Shown: piece after piece, positions 8,977-19,000 of the stretch | How the letters are laid out: every line of letters begins with the position of its first letter | Numbering within the stretch: the first letter of the stretch is position 1 | NCBI GenBank assembly: GCA_041662485.1 | Contig: JBAZSJ010000026.1 | Coordinates: 1,358 to 65,357, forward strand | DNA: 64,000 bases | From: Opitutaceae bacterium | Lineage (GTDB): Bacteria > Verrucomicrobiota > Verrucomicrobiia > Opitutales > Opitutaceae | Direction: 5' to 3' | The notes under the pieces: generated by a model | The model's database searches: none | What the model was told of the DNA's origin: nothing | What the model saw: the letters and a program-made list of their open reading frames with translations, nothing else | Position numbers and translations under genes: made by a program

Positions 8977-9672
8977 GTGCATACCAACCGAATCCCTCCC
9001 TCAGCCGTCAGCCGTTCCTCCACCGCCGGCATCACCCTCGTGGAAATCACGGTCTCCATGACCATCCTCGCGATGATCATGACCGGGGTCATCGCCGTGT
9101 TGGTCCAATCGCGACGCCTGACCGAAGGCAGCATCGCCCAAAACTCCGCCACCACGATCGTGCAGGGCTATATCGAGCAGATGAAGAACATGGAGCTATC
9201 CGACCTGCCCTATTACACCAGCTCAGGCACGCTTATGCCGGGCAGCGGCACCACCGCCGACGCCACTCTTCCTTACTACAACTACACCAGCAACAGCCTC
9301 GTCACCGGCCCCAAAGCCGGCTGCACCGCCAGCAACGACATCTCCACCCGGCTCGACGAAACCAACAAGGATCCGCTGTTCATCTCATCCGGAACCCCGC
9401 CCGATACTTCCACGATCACGCCAGGAGCCGCCGCTCCCAGCGGGGTCGTCGACAACGTCAAGCTGATCGATATCAACGATACGGACGACAACTCCGACGA
9501 CCTGCAGCTCCGGCTCTGGGTGTGGGTTCAGGACATGACCGGCAGCGGCATCAGCGCCACCACGGTTCGCTCGATCACCATCATCTATCAATGGCGGGTC
9601 AAGGATGGCGCCCGGTTCCGCTACTCGCTCGGAAGCGTCCGAACTATTCGCTCCGACGTGCCCACATTTTGA
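8977..9672 (+). CDS. Prepilin-type (PilV-like) minor pilin/pseudopilin
   Basis: Class III signal AG|ITLVEITVSMTILAMIMTGVIAVL with Glu5. Confidence 0.85.
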   Translation: MHTNRIPPSAVSRSSTAGITLVEITVSMTILAMIMTGVIAVLVQSRRLTEGSIAQNSATTIVQGYIEQMKNMELSDLPYYTSSGTLMPGSGTTADATLPYYNYTSNSLVTGPKAGCTASNDISTRLDETNKDPLFISSGTPPDTSTITPGAAAPSGVVDNVKLIDINDTDDNSDDLQLRLWVWVQDMTGSGISATTVRSITIIYQWRVKDGARFRYSLGSVRTIRSDVPTF

Positions 9673-9674
9673 CC

Positions 9675-10385
9675 ATGAATCCTCTCGCACACCCTTCATA
9701 TCCCTCTCGCGGACTCCGGAAGGGATTCACGCTCGTCGAGGTGATCGTCGCCCTGACCGTCTTCGGCCTGGCGATGGTCGGCTGCCTCGGCTTCCTCATC
9801 CAATCCCTGAAATCGTATTCCTACGACACGTCAAAATTGTTCGTAAACCGCGACATCCGCACGTTCACCAACGAGCTGACGGACAACGCCACCTACGCAA
9901 ATTACTTCCTGATTTTCCCATCCTTCTCCGGCGACCGCAGCAGCACCGACCCTTCCACCGGAGTCACCTCCGACACCTCCGTCAACGACGGCCTCTCGGG
10001 AGACCTTCTCGTCCTCGTCTACAAGGACGACACCATTAACTCCGATGGCTCCACCAATGACACCAAGGTCAAACGGCTCATCGGCTACTACCGCTACGCC
10101 GATCCTACATCCGCCTCCGACACCAGCGGCCAAGGCCCCGTCCGCACCTTTGATATCACGATCAGCCCGAGTTCCAGCGCTCCGGTCTGGAGCCTCCTTC
10201 CAAACGTTTCGACCATGAAAACCAACCCCCTGGTGCTCCAGCTTTCCGTTGGTTTGGCCGACCAGAAGCTCTTCTACAATTACTACGACCGCAGCATCAT
10301 GGTAAAGGGACAGATCTTCCACGAGGGCAGACTGACCAAGGACGCTACCAACATCTACAACTTCACCGTCTCCCCGCGCGGCTGA
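9675..10385 (+). CDS. Prepilin-type (PilW-like) minor pilin/pseudopilin
   Basis: KG|FTLVEVIVALTVFGLAMVG; ATG lies 2 nt after the previous stop. Confidence 0.88.
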   Translation: MNPLAHPSYPSRGLRKGFTLVEVIVALTVFGLAMVGCLGFLIQSLKSYSYDTSKLFVNRDIRTFTNELTDNATYANYFLIFPSFSGDRSSTDPSTGVTSDTSVNDGLSGDLLVLVYKDDTINSDGSTNDTKVKRLIGYYRYADPTSASDTSGQGPVRTFDITISPSSSAPVWSLLPNVSTMKTNPLVLQLSVGLADQKLFYNYYDRSIMVKGQIFHEGRLTKDATNIYNFTVSPRG

Positions 10386-10416
10386 CGGCTTTTTCAACCT
10401 CGGCCCTTTCTCAGCC

Positions 10417-12813
10417 ATGACCACCACCCGCACATTTCTTTCCTTCCGGCAGCGCGGGTCCACCCTGCTCGCCGTCATCCTCATCACCTCCGTCCTGGCC
10501 CTTCTTTCCGCCAGTCTCATCGGCTGGTCCATGACCGAGCGCCGCCTCAACGTCCGCAACGCCATGCGCCTCGAGTCGCGCAACGCCGCCGAGGCCCTAG
10601 CCGAATACGGTTTCTCCCAGATCCGCCAAAAATTGGAAACCCGAAGCACCTTCTCCCTCAATCCCACCGGCAGCGACGCCCTCGCCTACCCCCCAGCCTC
10701 CTTCTGGACGGGAAGCCACGTAAATGCCGTCATCCCCACGACGGTCGATACCGGCAACTCCGCCTACAAAATCACCAATCTCGAGCTGATCGGCGGCACC
10801 ATCAAAAACATCCCTGATACCGGCCTCTATTTCATCGATCCCAACGACGCGAACAACGAATTCGATCCGCTCAAGGGCAAATGGGTCTTTCGTAGCGACG
10901 TCTCCGTGATTGCCCGCGCCACCGTCGTGCCCGCCGTCGGAGCGCGCACCCCTCTCACATCCTACGTGATAGAAAAAATTTCCAGGCGTGGCGCCCCCCT
11001 CTTCGCCCACGCCATTTTCTACAACATGGATCTGGAGATCTTCAACGGCCCCAACATGACCATCTCCGGCCCCGTCCACTGCAACGGCAGCCTCTACCTC
11101 TACCCCGGCAACGGAAGTGAGCTCAATTTTACCGATCAAATCACCTGCACCGGAGGCATCTATCACGCCGCCAAGCCCGACGATGCCTCCTCCGACGGCG
11201 CTAGCGCCGCAGGCCGAACCGGCAAAATCAATATTCGCGACAAGACCACCAATTACGTAAACCTCTACAGCGGCAGCTACTGGCGCGACACCACCAAGGG
11301 CACCGGCACCTCCGGGACCGCGTGGAGCGATTTCCGCACCACCATATCCCAAGTCTACAACGGCAACCTTCAGACCGGCGCCTTCAGCATCCAGAACTAC
11401 AGCCCGGTCGCCATCGGTGCCTACCAGGAGCAGACCACCACCTCCACCGACGACTCCGTCAACACCGGGCGCACCATCATCGAGCCCTCCAACTACCCCG
11501 CGTCCTCCACCTCCACCACCGACCCCGACTACAGCCAAAAGATGGACGTCGAATACCAGAAATATTCCAACGATGCCGGCATCTACATCCAGGTCACGCC
11601 CGGCACCGGAGCCGTCACCGTCAGCAGCCGCAGCAAGGTAGACCCCACCAAAAACAAGAGCCTCACCATCCCCGCAGGCAGCAATCTCGTCACCTTCACC
11701 GCCTACAAAGCCACTTCCACCAGCTACACCGTCGGTTCTAAAATCACCAGCGGCACCAACAAAAACAAATACCCGATCACTCCCACCATCGCCATTACCA
11801 CGTCCGCGGGCACGACCAGTTCCACGGGCACCGTGACCTATTCCTCATCAAGCTCAAAACCGGCCACCACGAACGTCCTCAACTCCGGCATGTATGACCA
11901 GCACCGGCAAAAAGGCCTGGACATGGTGAACATTGATATGGACGCCCTCCGCAACGCCGTCGCCGTCATGGCCGGCCAGTCGTCCTACACCAACAGCGCC
12001 GGCACGACCACCGCCATCAACGCCACCCAAAACGTCCTCACCGGACTCACCACCGACGATTGGACCGGCATCGTCTACGTCGAGGTGGCGGGCGGCCCCA
12101 CCACCGATCCCATCACCGGCGACACCATTGCGGCAACCACCGCTTCCTCTATCTCGACCGGCGTGCGCCTGATCAACGGAGCCAAAAAATTGCCTTCCTA
12201 TGGCACCGCCAATCCGGGCCTCACCATCGCCACCAACGCACCGGTCTACATCAAGGGCGACTACAACGCCGACGGCACCGTCACCGCCAACTCCAACGGC
12301 AGCGCCGACCCCTCCAAAGACGCCGAAACAGGCGAAGTCCCCGCCGCCATCGCTGCGGATGCCATCACCATCCTTTCGGGGGGGTTCGATGATACGAAGA
12401 GCCTCTCGAACAAAAACCCCGACCCTTTGTTGAAACCGGGTAGCACGACTGTCGCCCCCGATCTGGAGATCTCCGCCGCCTTCCTCACCGGCGTCACCCC
12501 CACCAATAAAAACGGCAACGGCGAGAGCAGCGGCGGCGCGCACAACCTTCCCCGCTTCCTTGAAAACTGGAGCAGCAAGCCCGTCTACATCCGCGGCTCC
12601 CTTGTCTGTCTTTTCGAAAGCCGCGTCTTCACCGAATCCTACAACGCCTCCGGCTACTACAGCCCCCCCACCCGTAACTGGGGTTTCAACAGCCTCTTTC
12701 GCCAGGGTGTCTACCCTCCCGGAACCCCCAAGGTTCAATCCTACCGTCGCGTCGATTTCACCGACCTCTCCGCCGCCGCCTATGCCACGGAACGCGCAAA
12801 GTTCGGCTGGTAA
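10417..12813 (+). CDS. Large PilX-like minor pilin (798 aa) with Ser/Thr-rich beta domain
   Basis: QRG|STLLAVILITSVLALL (no Glu5, as in PilX/GspK), then ...A..AAEA..E.G helix; C-terminal GGAHNLPRFLENW...YYSPPTRNWGF motif. Confidence 0.8.
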   Translation: MTTTRTFLSFRQRGSTLLAVILITSVLALLSASLIGWSMTERRLNVRNAMRLESRNAAEALAEYGFSQIRQKLETRSTFSLNPTGSDALAYPPASFWTGSHVNAVIPTTVDTGNSAYKITNLELIGGTIKNIPDTGLYFIDPNDANNEFDPLKGKWVFRSDVSVIARATVVPAVGARTPLTSYVIEKISRRGAPLFAHAIFYNMDLEIFNGPNMTISGPVHCNGSLYLYPGNGSELNFTDQITCTGGIYHAAKPDDASSDGASAAGRTGKINIRDKTTNYVNLYSGSYWRDTTKGTGTSGTAWSDFRTTISQVYNGNLQTGAFSIQNYSPVAIGAYQEQTTTSTDDSVNTGRTIIEPSNYPASSTSTTDPDYSQKMDVEYQKYSNDAGIYIQVTPGTGAVTVSSRSKVDPTKNKSLTIPAGSNLVTFTAYKATSTSYTVGSKITSGTNKNKYPITPTIAITTSAGTTSSTGTVTYSSSSSKPATTNVLNSGMYDQHRQKGLDMVNIDMDALRNAVAVMAGQSSYTNSAGTTTAINATQNVLTGLTTDDWTGIVYVEVAGGPTTDPITGDTIAATTASSISTGVRLINGAKKLPSYGTANPGLTIATNAPVYIKGDYNADGTVTANSNGSADPSKDAETGEVPAAIAADAITILSGGFDDTKSLSNKNPDPLLKPGSTTVAPDLEISAAFLTGVTPTNKNGNGESSGGAHNLPRFLENWSSKPVYIRGSLVCLFESRVFTESYNASGYYSPPTRNWGFNSLFRQGVYPPGTPKVQSYRRVDFTDLSAAAYATERAKFGW

Positions 12814-12816
12814 CGG

Positions 12817-13428
12817 TCACGCCTCGGCGGATTTCCGCCGCAGCTCCGCGGCCAGTTGCATCCACGCCCGCGCGCGGTGGCTGATCCTGTTTTTAACATC
12901 ATCTCCCAGTTCGGCGTAGCTCGCCGTGTGACCGTCCGGCACGAACAGCGGATCGTAGCCAAACCCGGCCCCGCCGCGCGGCTCGTCGAGCAACCGTCCC
13001 GTGCAGCGTCCCTCAAAAACCGCCTCCAGCCCGCCGGGCCCGGCCAGCAGCAGCACGCAAAAAAAGCTGGCCCCGCGCCGCGCCGCCGGCACGCCGCGCA
13101 TCACCTCGACCAGTTTCCACAAGTTCGCCGCGCTGTCGCCTTGCGGCCCCGCAAAGTAGGCCGACTCCACGCCCGGCGCCCCCCCGAGTTCATCCACGCA
13201 CACCCCGCTGTCGTCCGCCAACACCCACGCGTCGGGCGGCAGCTTCGCCTTGAGCGCCAGCGCCTTCTTGCGCGCGTTGCCGACGAAGGTGCCCGTGTCT
13301 TCCTCGACCGGCGGCATCCCGCCCGCGGCCTTCGCCGAGACGATCTCGACCGCCAGTCCGCCCGCGGCGGCCAGCGCGTTCATTTCCTGCGCCTTGTGGG
13401 CGTTACCGGAGGCTAAATACAGTTTCAT
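12817..13428 (-). CDS. rdgB: Non-canonical purine NTP pyrophosphatase (RdgB/HAM1)
   Basis: LASGNAHK, EEDTGTFVGNARKKA, ADDSG, GFGYDPLF and SHRARA motifs. Confidence 0.95.
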   Translation of the reverse strand: MKLYLASGNAHKAQEMNALAAAGGLAVEIVSAKAAGGMPPVEEDTGTFVGNARKKALALKAKLPPDAWVLADDSGVCVDELGGAPGVESAYFAGPQGDSAANLWKLVEVMRGVPAARRGASFFCVLLLAGPGGLEAVFEGRCTGRLLDEPRGGAGFGYDPLFVPDGHTASYAELGDDVKNRISHRARAWMQLAAELRRKSAEA

Positions 13429-14566
13429 CAAGCAGCAATTTTTCGGGATACACCGTCCGCCCCCGCATCAACGCGTCGTCGCCGAACGTCTCGTGCCGTA
13501 CGTCGGCCAGCCTCACCCCCTGGTCCACCCGCTCGGGGCGCAGGCCGCTGAACCCCGACTTGGCCTTGTCGTCTGCGAACAGCACCGGCGCGTGGTAGGC
13601 GAACAGGTAGTCGAGCTCCCGCGCGCGGATGAGCTCGCTGACAAGCTGCGCGCCGCCCTCGAAATACACGCCCGTGATCTTCTCCTGCGCGCACCGCTGG
13701 CGGAAATCGGAAAAGCTCACCCGCTGCGTCGGCGTGTCCATCACCCACACCGTGATCCCCGCGTCGCGCAGCTTGCGCACGTAGCCCATGCCGCCATGCG
13801 GGGTCGTCACCACGATCGTGCGCTCCTTGTGCGCGTCGGTGTAGACGTGGTGCAGGTTTTTGTCGGTGACCGAGCGCAGCAGCCCGTCGAACACGAACCG
13901 GAGCGGACACCACTCCTCGCCCTCCGCCGGACGCGCGGTCAGCCGCGGATTGTCCTTCATGATCGTCATCGCCCCCGCGGCGATGCCCGGGAAATAACGC
14001 CTCCAATGATGCACGTCGGCGCGCGCCGCCTCGCCCGTGATCCACTTCGACTCGCCCGTGCGGCAGGCGATCTTGCCGTCAAGAGTCACCGCCACCTTGG
14101 CCGCAAACAACGGCGCATCCCGCGAGATCCAGTGGTTGAAAATCAGGTTCAGGTCGGTGCATTCGCGTTCCAGCACGCCCGCCACGACCTCGATGCCCGC
14201 CGCGCGCAGCACCTCGAAGCCCTTGCCCGCATGCGCGGGATTCGGATCGGTCGCCCCCGCCACGACCCGCTTGAGACCCGCCACGCGAATCGCGTCGCAA
14301 CACGCCCCGGTGCGCCCGTGCGACGAGCACGGCTCCAGCGTCACATAGAGCGTCGCGCCCGGCTTGGGCGAGCGGGCGAGCGACGTCAGCGCCATGCGTT
14401 CGGCATGAGGACCGCCGTCCTGCGCGTGAAATCCCTCCGCCACGATCTGTCCGTCCTCGACGATCACCGCGCCCACGAGCGGATTAGGATGCGTCCGCCC
14501 CCACGCCTGTCGGGCCAGCGCAAGCGCGCGACGCATATAAAATTCATCCTGATTGAGGTCGGTCAT
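13403..14566 (-). CDS. ribD: Bifunctional riboflavin biosynthesis deaminase/reductase
   Basis: PNPLVGAV, HAE, TLEPC.SHGRT..C, SLDG-like TLDGKIA and EGGAQL motifs. Confidence 0.96.
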   Translation of the reverse strand: MTDLNQDEFYMRRALALARQAWGRTHPNPLVGAVIVEDGQIVAEGFHAQDGGPHAERMALTSLARSPKPGATLYVTLEPCSSHGRTGACCDAIRVAGLKRVVAGATDPNPAHAGKGFEVLRAAGIEVVAGVLERECTDLNLIFNHWISRDAPLFAAKVAVTLDGKIACRTGESKWITGEAARADVHHWRRYFPGIAAGAMTIMKDNPRLTARPAEGEEWCPLRFVFDGLLRSVTDKNLHHVYTDAHKERTIVVTTPHGGMGYVRKLRDAGITVWVMDTPTQRVSFSDFRQRCAQEKITGVYFEGGAQLVSELIRARELDYLFAYHAPVLFADDKAKSGFSGLRPERVDQGVRLADVRHETFGDDALMRGRTVYPEKLLLDETVFSLR

Positions 14567-14633
14567 CGGGTCCCTCCACTCATCCCGCCCCACCGGCCAA
14601 ATGACAAACGCGAAAATATCCCTCCCACACCGC

Positions 14634-14722
14634 GATCCAGTTTGTCACTTAATAAGTGACAAACTGGATCTCCGGTTATCGAGGTAAGCAAAACTCATTT
14701 GTCACTTATTAAGTGACAAATG
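14634..14722. repeat. Two AT-rich perfect palindromes sharing the core TTTGTCACTTA(A/T)TAAGTGACAAA
   Basis: 37-nt palindrome at 14634-14670 and 27-nt palindrome at 14696-14722, read directly from the sequence. Confidence 0.9.
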
Positions 14723-14768
14723 TTACCGGAGTGGTGGGCCAGTTCAAAGGCCTCGCGGAGCGCCTGGT

Positions 14769-15404
14769 TCACCCGCGCACGAACGGATTGGTCTTCTTCT
14801 CCACGCCCACCGTGGTCGTGTCGCCGTGTCCCGCGTAAACCGTCGTCTCGTCCGGCAGCGTATAGATCTGCGTGCGGATCGACTCGGCAAGCACCTCGCG
14901 GCTCCCGCCCGGCAGGTCGGTGCGGCCCACGCTTCCTTCAAACAGCGCGTCGCCCACAAACGCCGCCTTCGCCGCCGACGCGTAGAACAACACGTTCCCC
15001 GGACAATGTCCCGGCACGTGCCGCACCTCGAACTCCAGTCCGAGCGCGTTGACCTTCTCCCCCTGACCGACCCAGCGGTCCACCTGCAACGGCTCCAGCG
15101 TGATCGCGCCGCCCAGGAACGCCGACATCACCTGCGGCGTCTCGATCAGCGTCTTGTCCGCCGCGTGCGCGAGCACCTTGGCACCCGTCGCACGCACGAC
15201 CTTGGCCGCGTCCTGCGTGTGATCCCAGTGCCCGTGCGTGATCCAGAGCTCCGTCAGCTTGCACCCTTCCTTCGCGAGGATGGGCTGGATTTCGTCCAGA
15301 ATGTCTCCCGGCGCATCGATCAGCACCGCTTCGCCGCGCTTGGCGTCGGTGAGCAGGTAGCCGTTGGTCTGAATCGGGCCGGAGGGCAACACGTGAATGT
15401 TCAT
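14769..15404 (-). CDS. MBL-fold metallo-hydrolase (glyoxalase II-like)
   Basis: THGHWDH, PGHCPG, GDALFEGSVGRTDLPGG and GHG motifs; start MNIHVLPSGPIQTNGY. Confidence 0.93.
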   Translation of the reverse strand: MNIHVLPSGPIQTNGYLLTDAKRGEAVLIDAPGDILDEIQPILAKEGCKLTELWITHGHWDHTQDAAKVVRATGAKVLAHAADKTLIETPQVMSAFLGGAITLEPLQVDRWVGQGEKVNALGLEFEVRHVPGHCPGNVLFYASAAKAAFVGDALFEGSVGRTDLPGGSREVLAESIRTQIYTLPDETTVYAGHGDTTTVGVEKKTNPFVRG

Positions 15405-15482
15405 CGTGCGCCAATGGACGCGTTTCCCGCCATCCCGCAACCGTGAAAATTGACTTTGCCACCCGTCCGCCCGCTTCGCTAA

Positions 15483-16598
<1,116 letters not shown>

Positions 16599-16619
16599 GC
16601 GGCCGCCCGGGCTGCCGGA

Positions 16620-18545
16620 TCAGTTCTTCCGCAGCCCGCGGCTCACCGCCTCCAGAATATCCTTCACGCCGTAGGGCTTCGCGAGGATTTCGGAAACGCC
16701 CAGCGCGGCCAGTTCGCGTCGCTGGTCGGTTTCAAGCAGCCCGCTCGAGACCATCATCGGCAGATCGCCTGACAGGGCGCGCAGCCGCCGGATGAGTTCC
16801 GCGCCTCCCATCACCGGCATCATCAGGTCGGTCAGCACCAGCCGCACGTCGTTTTGATGCTGCTTGAATAGCTCCAGCGCCTCCTCCCCGTGGGCCGCGG
16901 TCAGCACCGTGTAGCCGTAGCCTTCCAGCAAGTCCTGCGTGGTCTCGCGGATGATCGGCTCGTCATCGACCACGAGCACCAGCTCTCCGTGGCCGCACGG
17001 CAAGGCGGCGCCGGCGGACGCGGCGGCGGGCTCGCTCGTTTCTCCCTGGGCCGGCAGATACACGTTGAACGTGGCCCCGCAGCCCGGCTCGCTTTTCACC
17101 GTCACGAATCCCCCATGGCTGCGGACGATTCCCAGCACGGACGAAAGGCCCAGCCCCGTGCCCTTGCCCACCGCCTTGGTCGTGAAAAAAGGCTCGAAGA
17201 TGCGGTCCTGGATTCCCTGCGGAATGCCGCAGCCGGTATCGACCACCGAAAGCAGGACGTGCCAGCCCGGCCGCGACTGCGAGTGCGGGCGGACCTCCTC
17301 GGGTTCAAGCATCACGTTGCCGCTCCTGACGGTAAGGGTGCCGCCGCCGGCCATGGCGTCGCGCGCGTTGACGCACAGGTTGATCAACACCTGGTGAATC
17401 TGCGTCGCGTCCGCCACCACCGGCCTCAAATCCTGTTCGACCTCGAGGCACAGCGTGATGTCACGGGGAAACGTCTCGCGGACGAGCGTCTCGATCTCTT
17501 CCAGGAGATGGCGAAGCTGCACGCTTGTGCGCTGCCCGCCCACCCCGCGGCTGAACACCAGCATCTGCCGGATGATGCCGGCTCCGCGACGCATGCTTTG
17601 CTCGATCATGTCCACGAGCTGAAGCCCGTGCGGATCCGTCACCTTTTGCCGGAGCAGGTCGGCCGCCATCAAAGTCGGCGCAAGGATGTTGTTGAGATCG
17701 TGCGCGACGCCGCCCGCCAGCGTGCCGATCGCCTCCATGCGCTGCGTCCGCAGCAACTGTTCCTCAAGGTGGCGATGCTCGGTCACGTCCTCGGCCACGC
17801 CGACGACGCGCTTCACGCCGCCCTCCCCGTCCTTCACCGGAAACGCGCGGTCGCGAATCCAGCGCACCGCCCCGTCCGGCCGGATGATCCGGTAGGTCTC
17901 GTCAAACTCCCCCGTCTGGGCGCGCAAGCTCATCGCTTGGCTCATGCGCTCCTTGTCCTCCGCATGCACGCACCCCATCCACGTTTCCGTCCCGCTATAA
18001 AGGCCGACCCGCGAGCCGCCCCAGATGCGCTCGTAGCCCGGACTGACGTAAAGGAGCCGGCCGTCCCATCCCTCGGTCACCCAAAAAACCTCGTTGATGG
18101 TCTCCACGACCTCGCGAAAGCGTTCCTCGCTGTCGCGCAGCGCCTGCGTCGCCAGCTCGCTTTCGCCTCGCAGCCGGTGCTGCTCCAAGGCGTGCGTCAC
18201 CGCCGCCCCAAGTCGCGCCATGCGGTCCTTGAGCAGATAGTCGTCGGCGCCCTGCCTCATCGCGGCCACCGCCACATCCTCGCCGATGCTGCCCGACACG
18301 ATGATGAAGGGGATTTTCCGCCCGCTTTGATTCGACAGTTCCAATGCGCGCAGGCCGCTGAAGTCCGGCAGTTCGAAGTCCGAAAGAATGATGTCCAGCG
18401 GCTTTGTCAGCGCCTCAAGAAAGCTTTTCTCGGTGTCCACCACGGTCGCCTCCGGCGAGAAACCCGCCTTTCGCAATTGTCGCAGCAGCAGCTCGGCGTC
18501 CTCGGGGACGTCCTCGACCACCAGCACTTTGAGGGGGCGGCTCAT
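16620..18545 (-). CDS. Hybrid REC-PAS-HisKA-HATPase-REC sensor kinase
   Basis: N-terminal receiver (VVEDVPED, LSDFELP), one PAS, AHDLNNIL H-box, FEPFFTTK..GKGTGLGL, C-terminal receiver. Confidence 0.93.
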   Translation of the reverse strand: MSRPLKVLVVEDVPEDAELLLRQLRKAGFSPEATVVDTEKSFLEALTKPLDIILSDFELPDFSGLRALELSNQSGRKIPFIIVSGSIGEDVAVAAMRQGADDYLLKDRMARLGAAVTHALEQHRLRGESELATQALRDSEERFREVVETINEVFWVTEGWDGRLLYVSPGYERIWGGSRVGLYSGTETWMGCVHAEDKERMSQAMSLRAQTGEFDETYRIIRPDGAVRWIRDRAFPVKDGEGGVKRVVGVAEDVTEHRHLEEQLLRTQRMEAIGTLAGGVAHDLNNILAPTLMAADLLRQKVTDPHGLQLVDMIEQSMRRGAGIIRQMLVFSRGVGGQRTSVQLRHLLEEIETLVRETFPRDITLCLEVEQDLRPVVADATQIHQVLINLCVNARDAMAGGGTLTVRSGNVMLEPEEVRPHSQSRPGWHVLLSVVDTGCGIPQGIQDRIFEPFFTTKAVGKGTGLGLSSVLGIVRSHGGFVTVKSEPGCGATFNVYLPAQGETSEPAAASAGAALPCGHGELVLVVDDEPIIRETTQDLLEGYGYTVLTAAHGEEALELFKQHQNDVRLVLTDLMMPVMGGAELIRRLRALSGDLPMMVSSGLLETDQRRELAALGVSEILAKPYGVKDILEAVSRGLRKN

Positions 18546-18550
18546 GGGGT

Positions 18551-19000
18551 TCACGCCAGCTTGCGCGGCTCGTTCAGCAGCAGCCAGTAGAGGCCGAGGT
18601 CCTGGACCGCCTTGGTGAAGCTCTCGAAGTTCACCGGTTTCACGATGTAGCTGTTCACGCCGAGCTCGTAGCTCTCGATGAGATCGCGCTGTTCGCGCGA
18701 CGACGTCAGCACCACCACCGGGATCGCCCGCGTGCGCGGGTCGGCCTTGATCTGGCGGAGCACGTCGAGGCCGTCCACCTTCGGCAGCTTCAGGTCCAGC
18801 AGCACGACCTTGGGCGTGTCCTCGATATTCCGCCCGGCGTGCGCGCCCCGGCAGAAGAGAAAATCGAGCGCCTCCGCGCCGTCGCGGGCCACCTCGATGC
18901 GGTTGGTGATGTTGCCTTTTTTCAGCGCCCGCAGCGCCAGCTCGAGGTCCTGCGGGTTGTCTTCGACGAGGAGCAGTTCGATTGATGAGTTTCCGTTCAT
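18551..19000 (-). CDS. Single-domain response regulator (Rcp1-like)
   Basis: [29 protein letters not shown] and GVNSYIVKP motifs. Confidence 0.93.
   Translation of the reverse strand: MNGNSSIELLLVEDNPQDLELALRALKKGNITNRIEVARDGAEALDFLFCRGAHAGRNIEDTPKVVLLDLKLPKVDGLDVLRQIKADPRTRAIPVVVLTSSREQRDLIESYELGVNSYIVKPVNFESFTKAVQDLGLYWLLLNEPRKLA

Noticed and set aside
14567-14768. FMN riboswitch upstream of ribD
   Set aside because: None of the conserved RFN sequence blocks is recognisable; the region is occupied by the twin palindromes.
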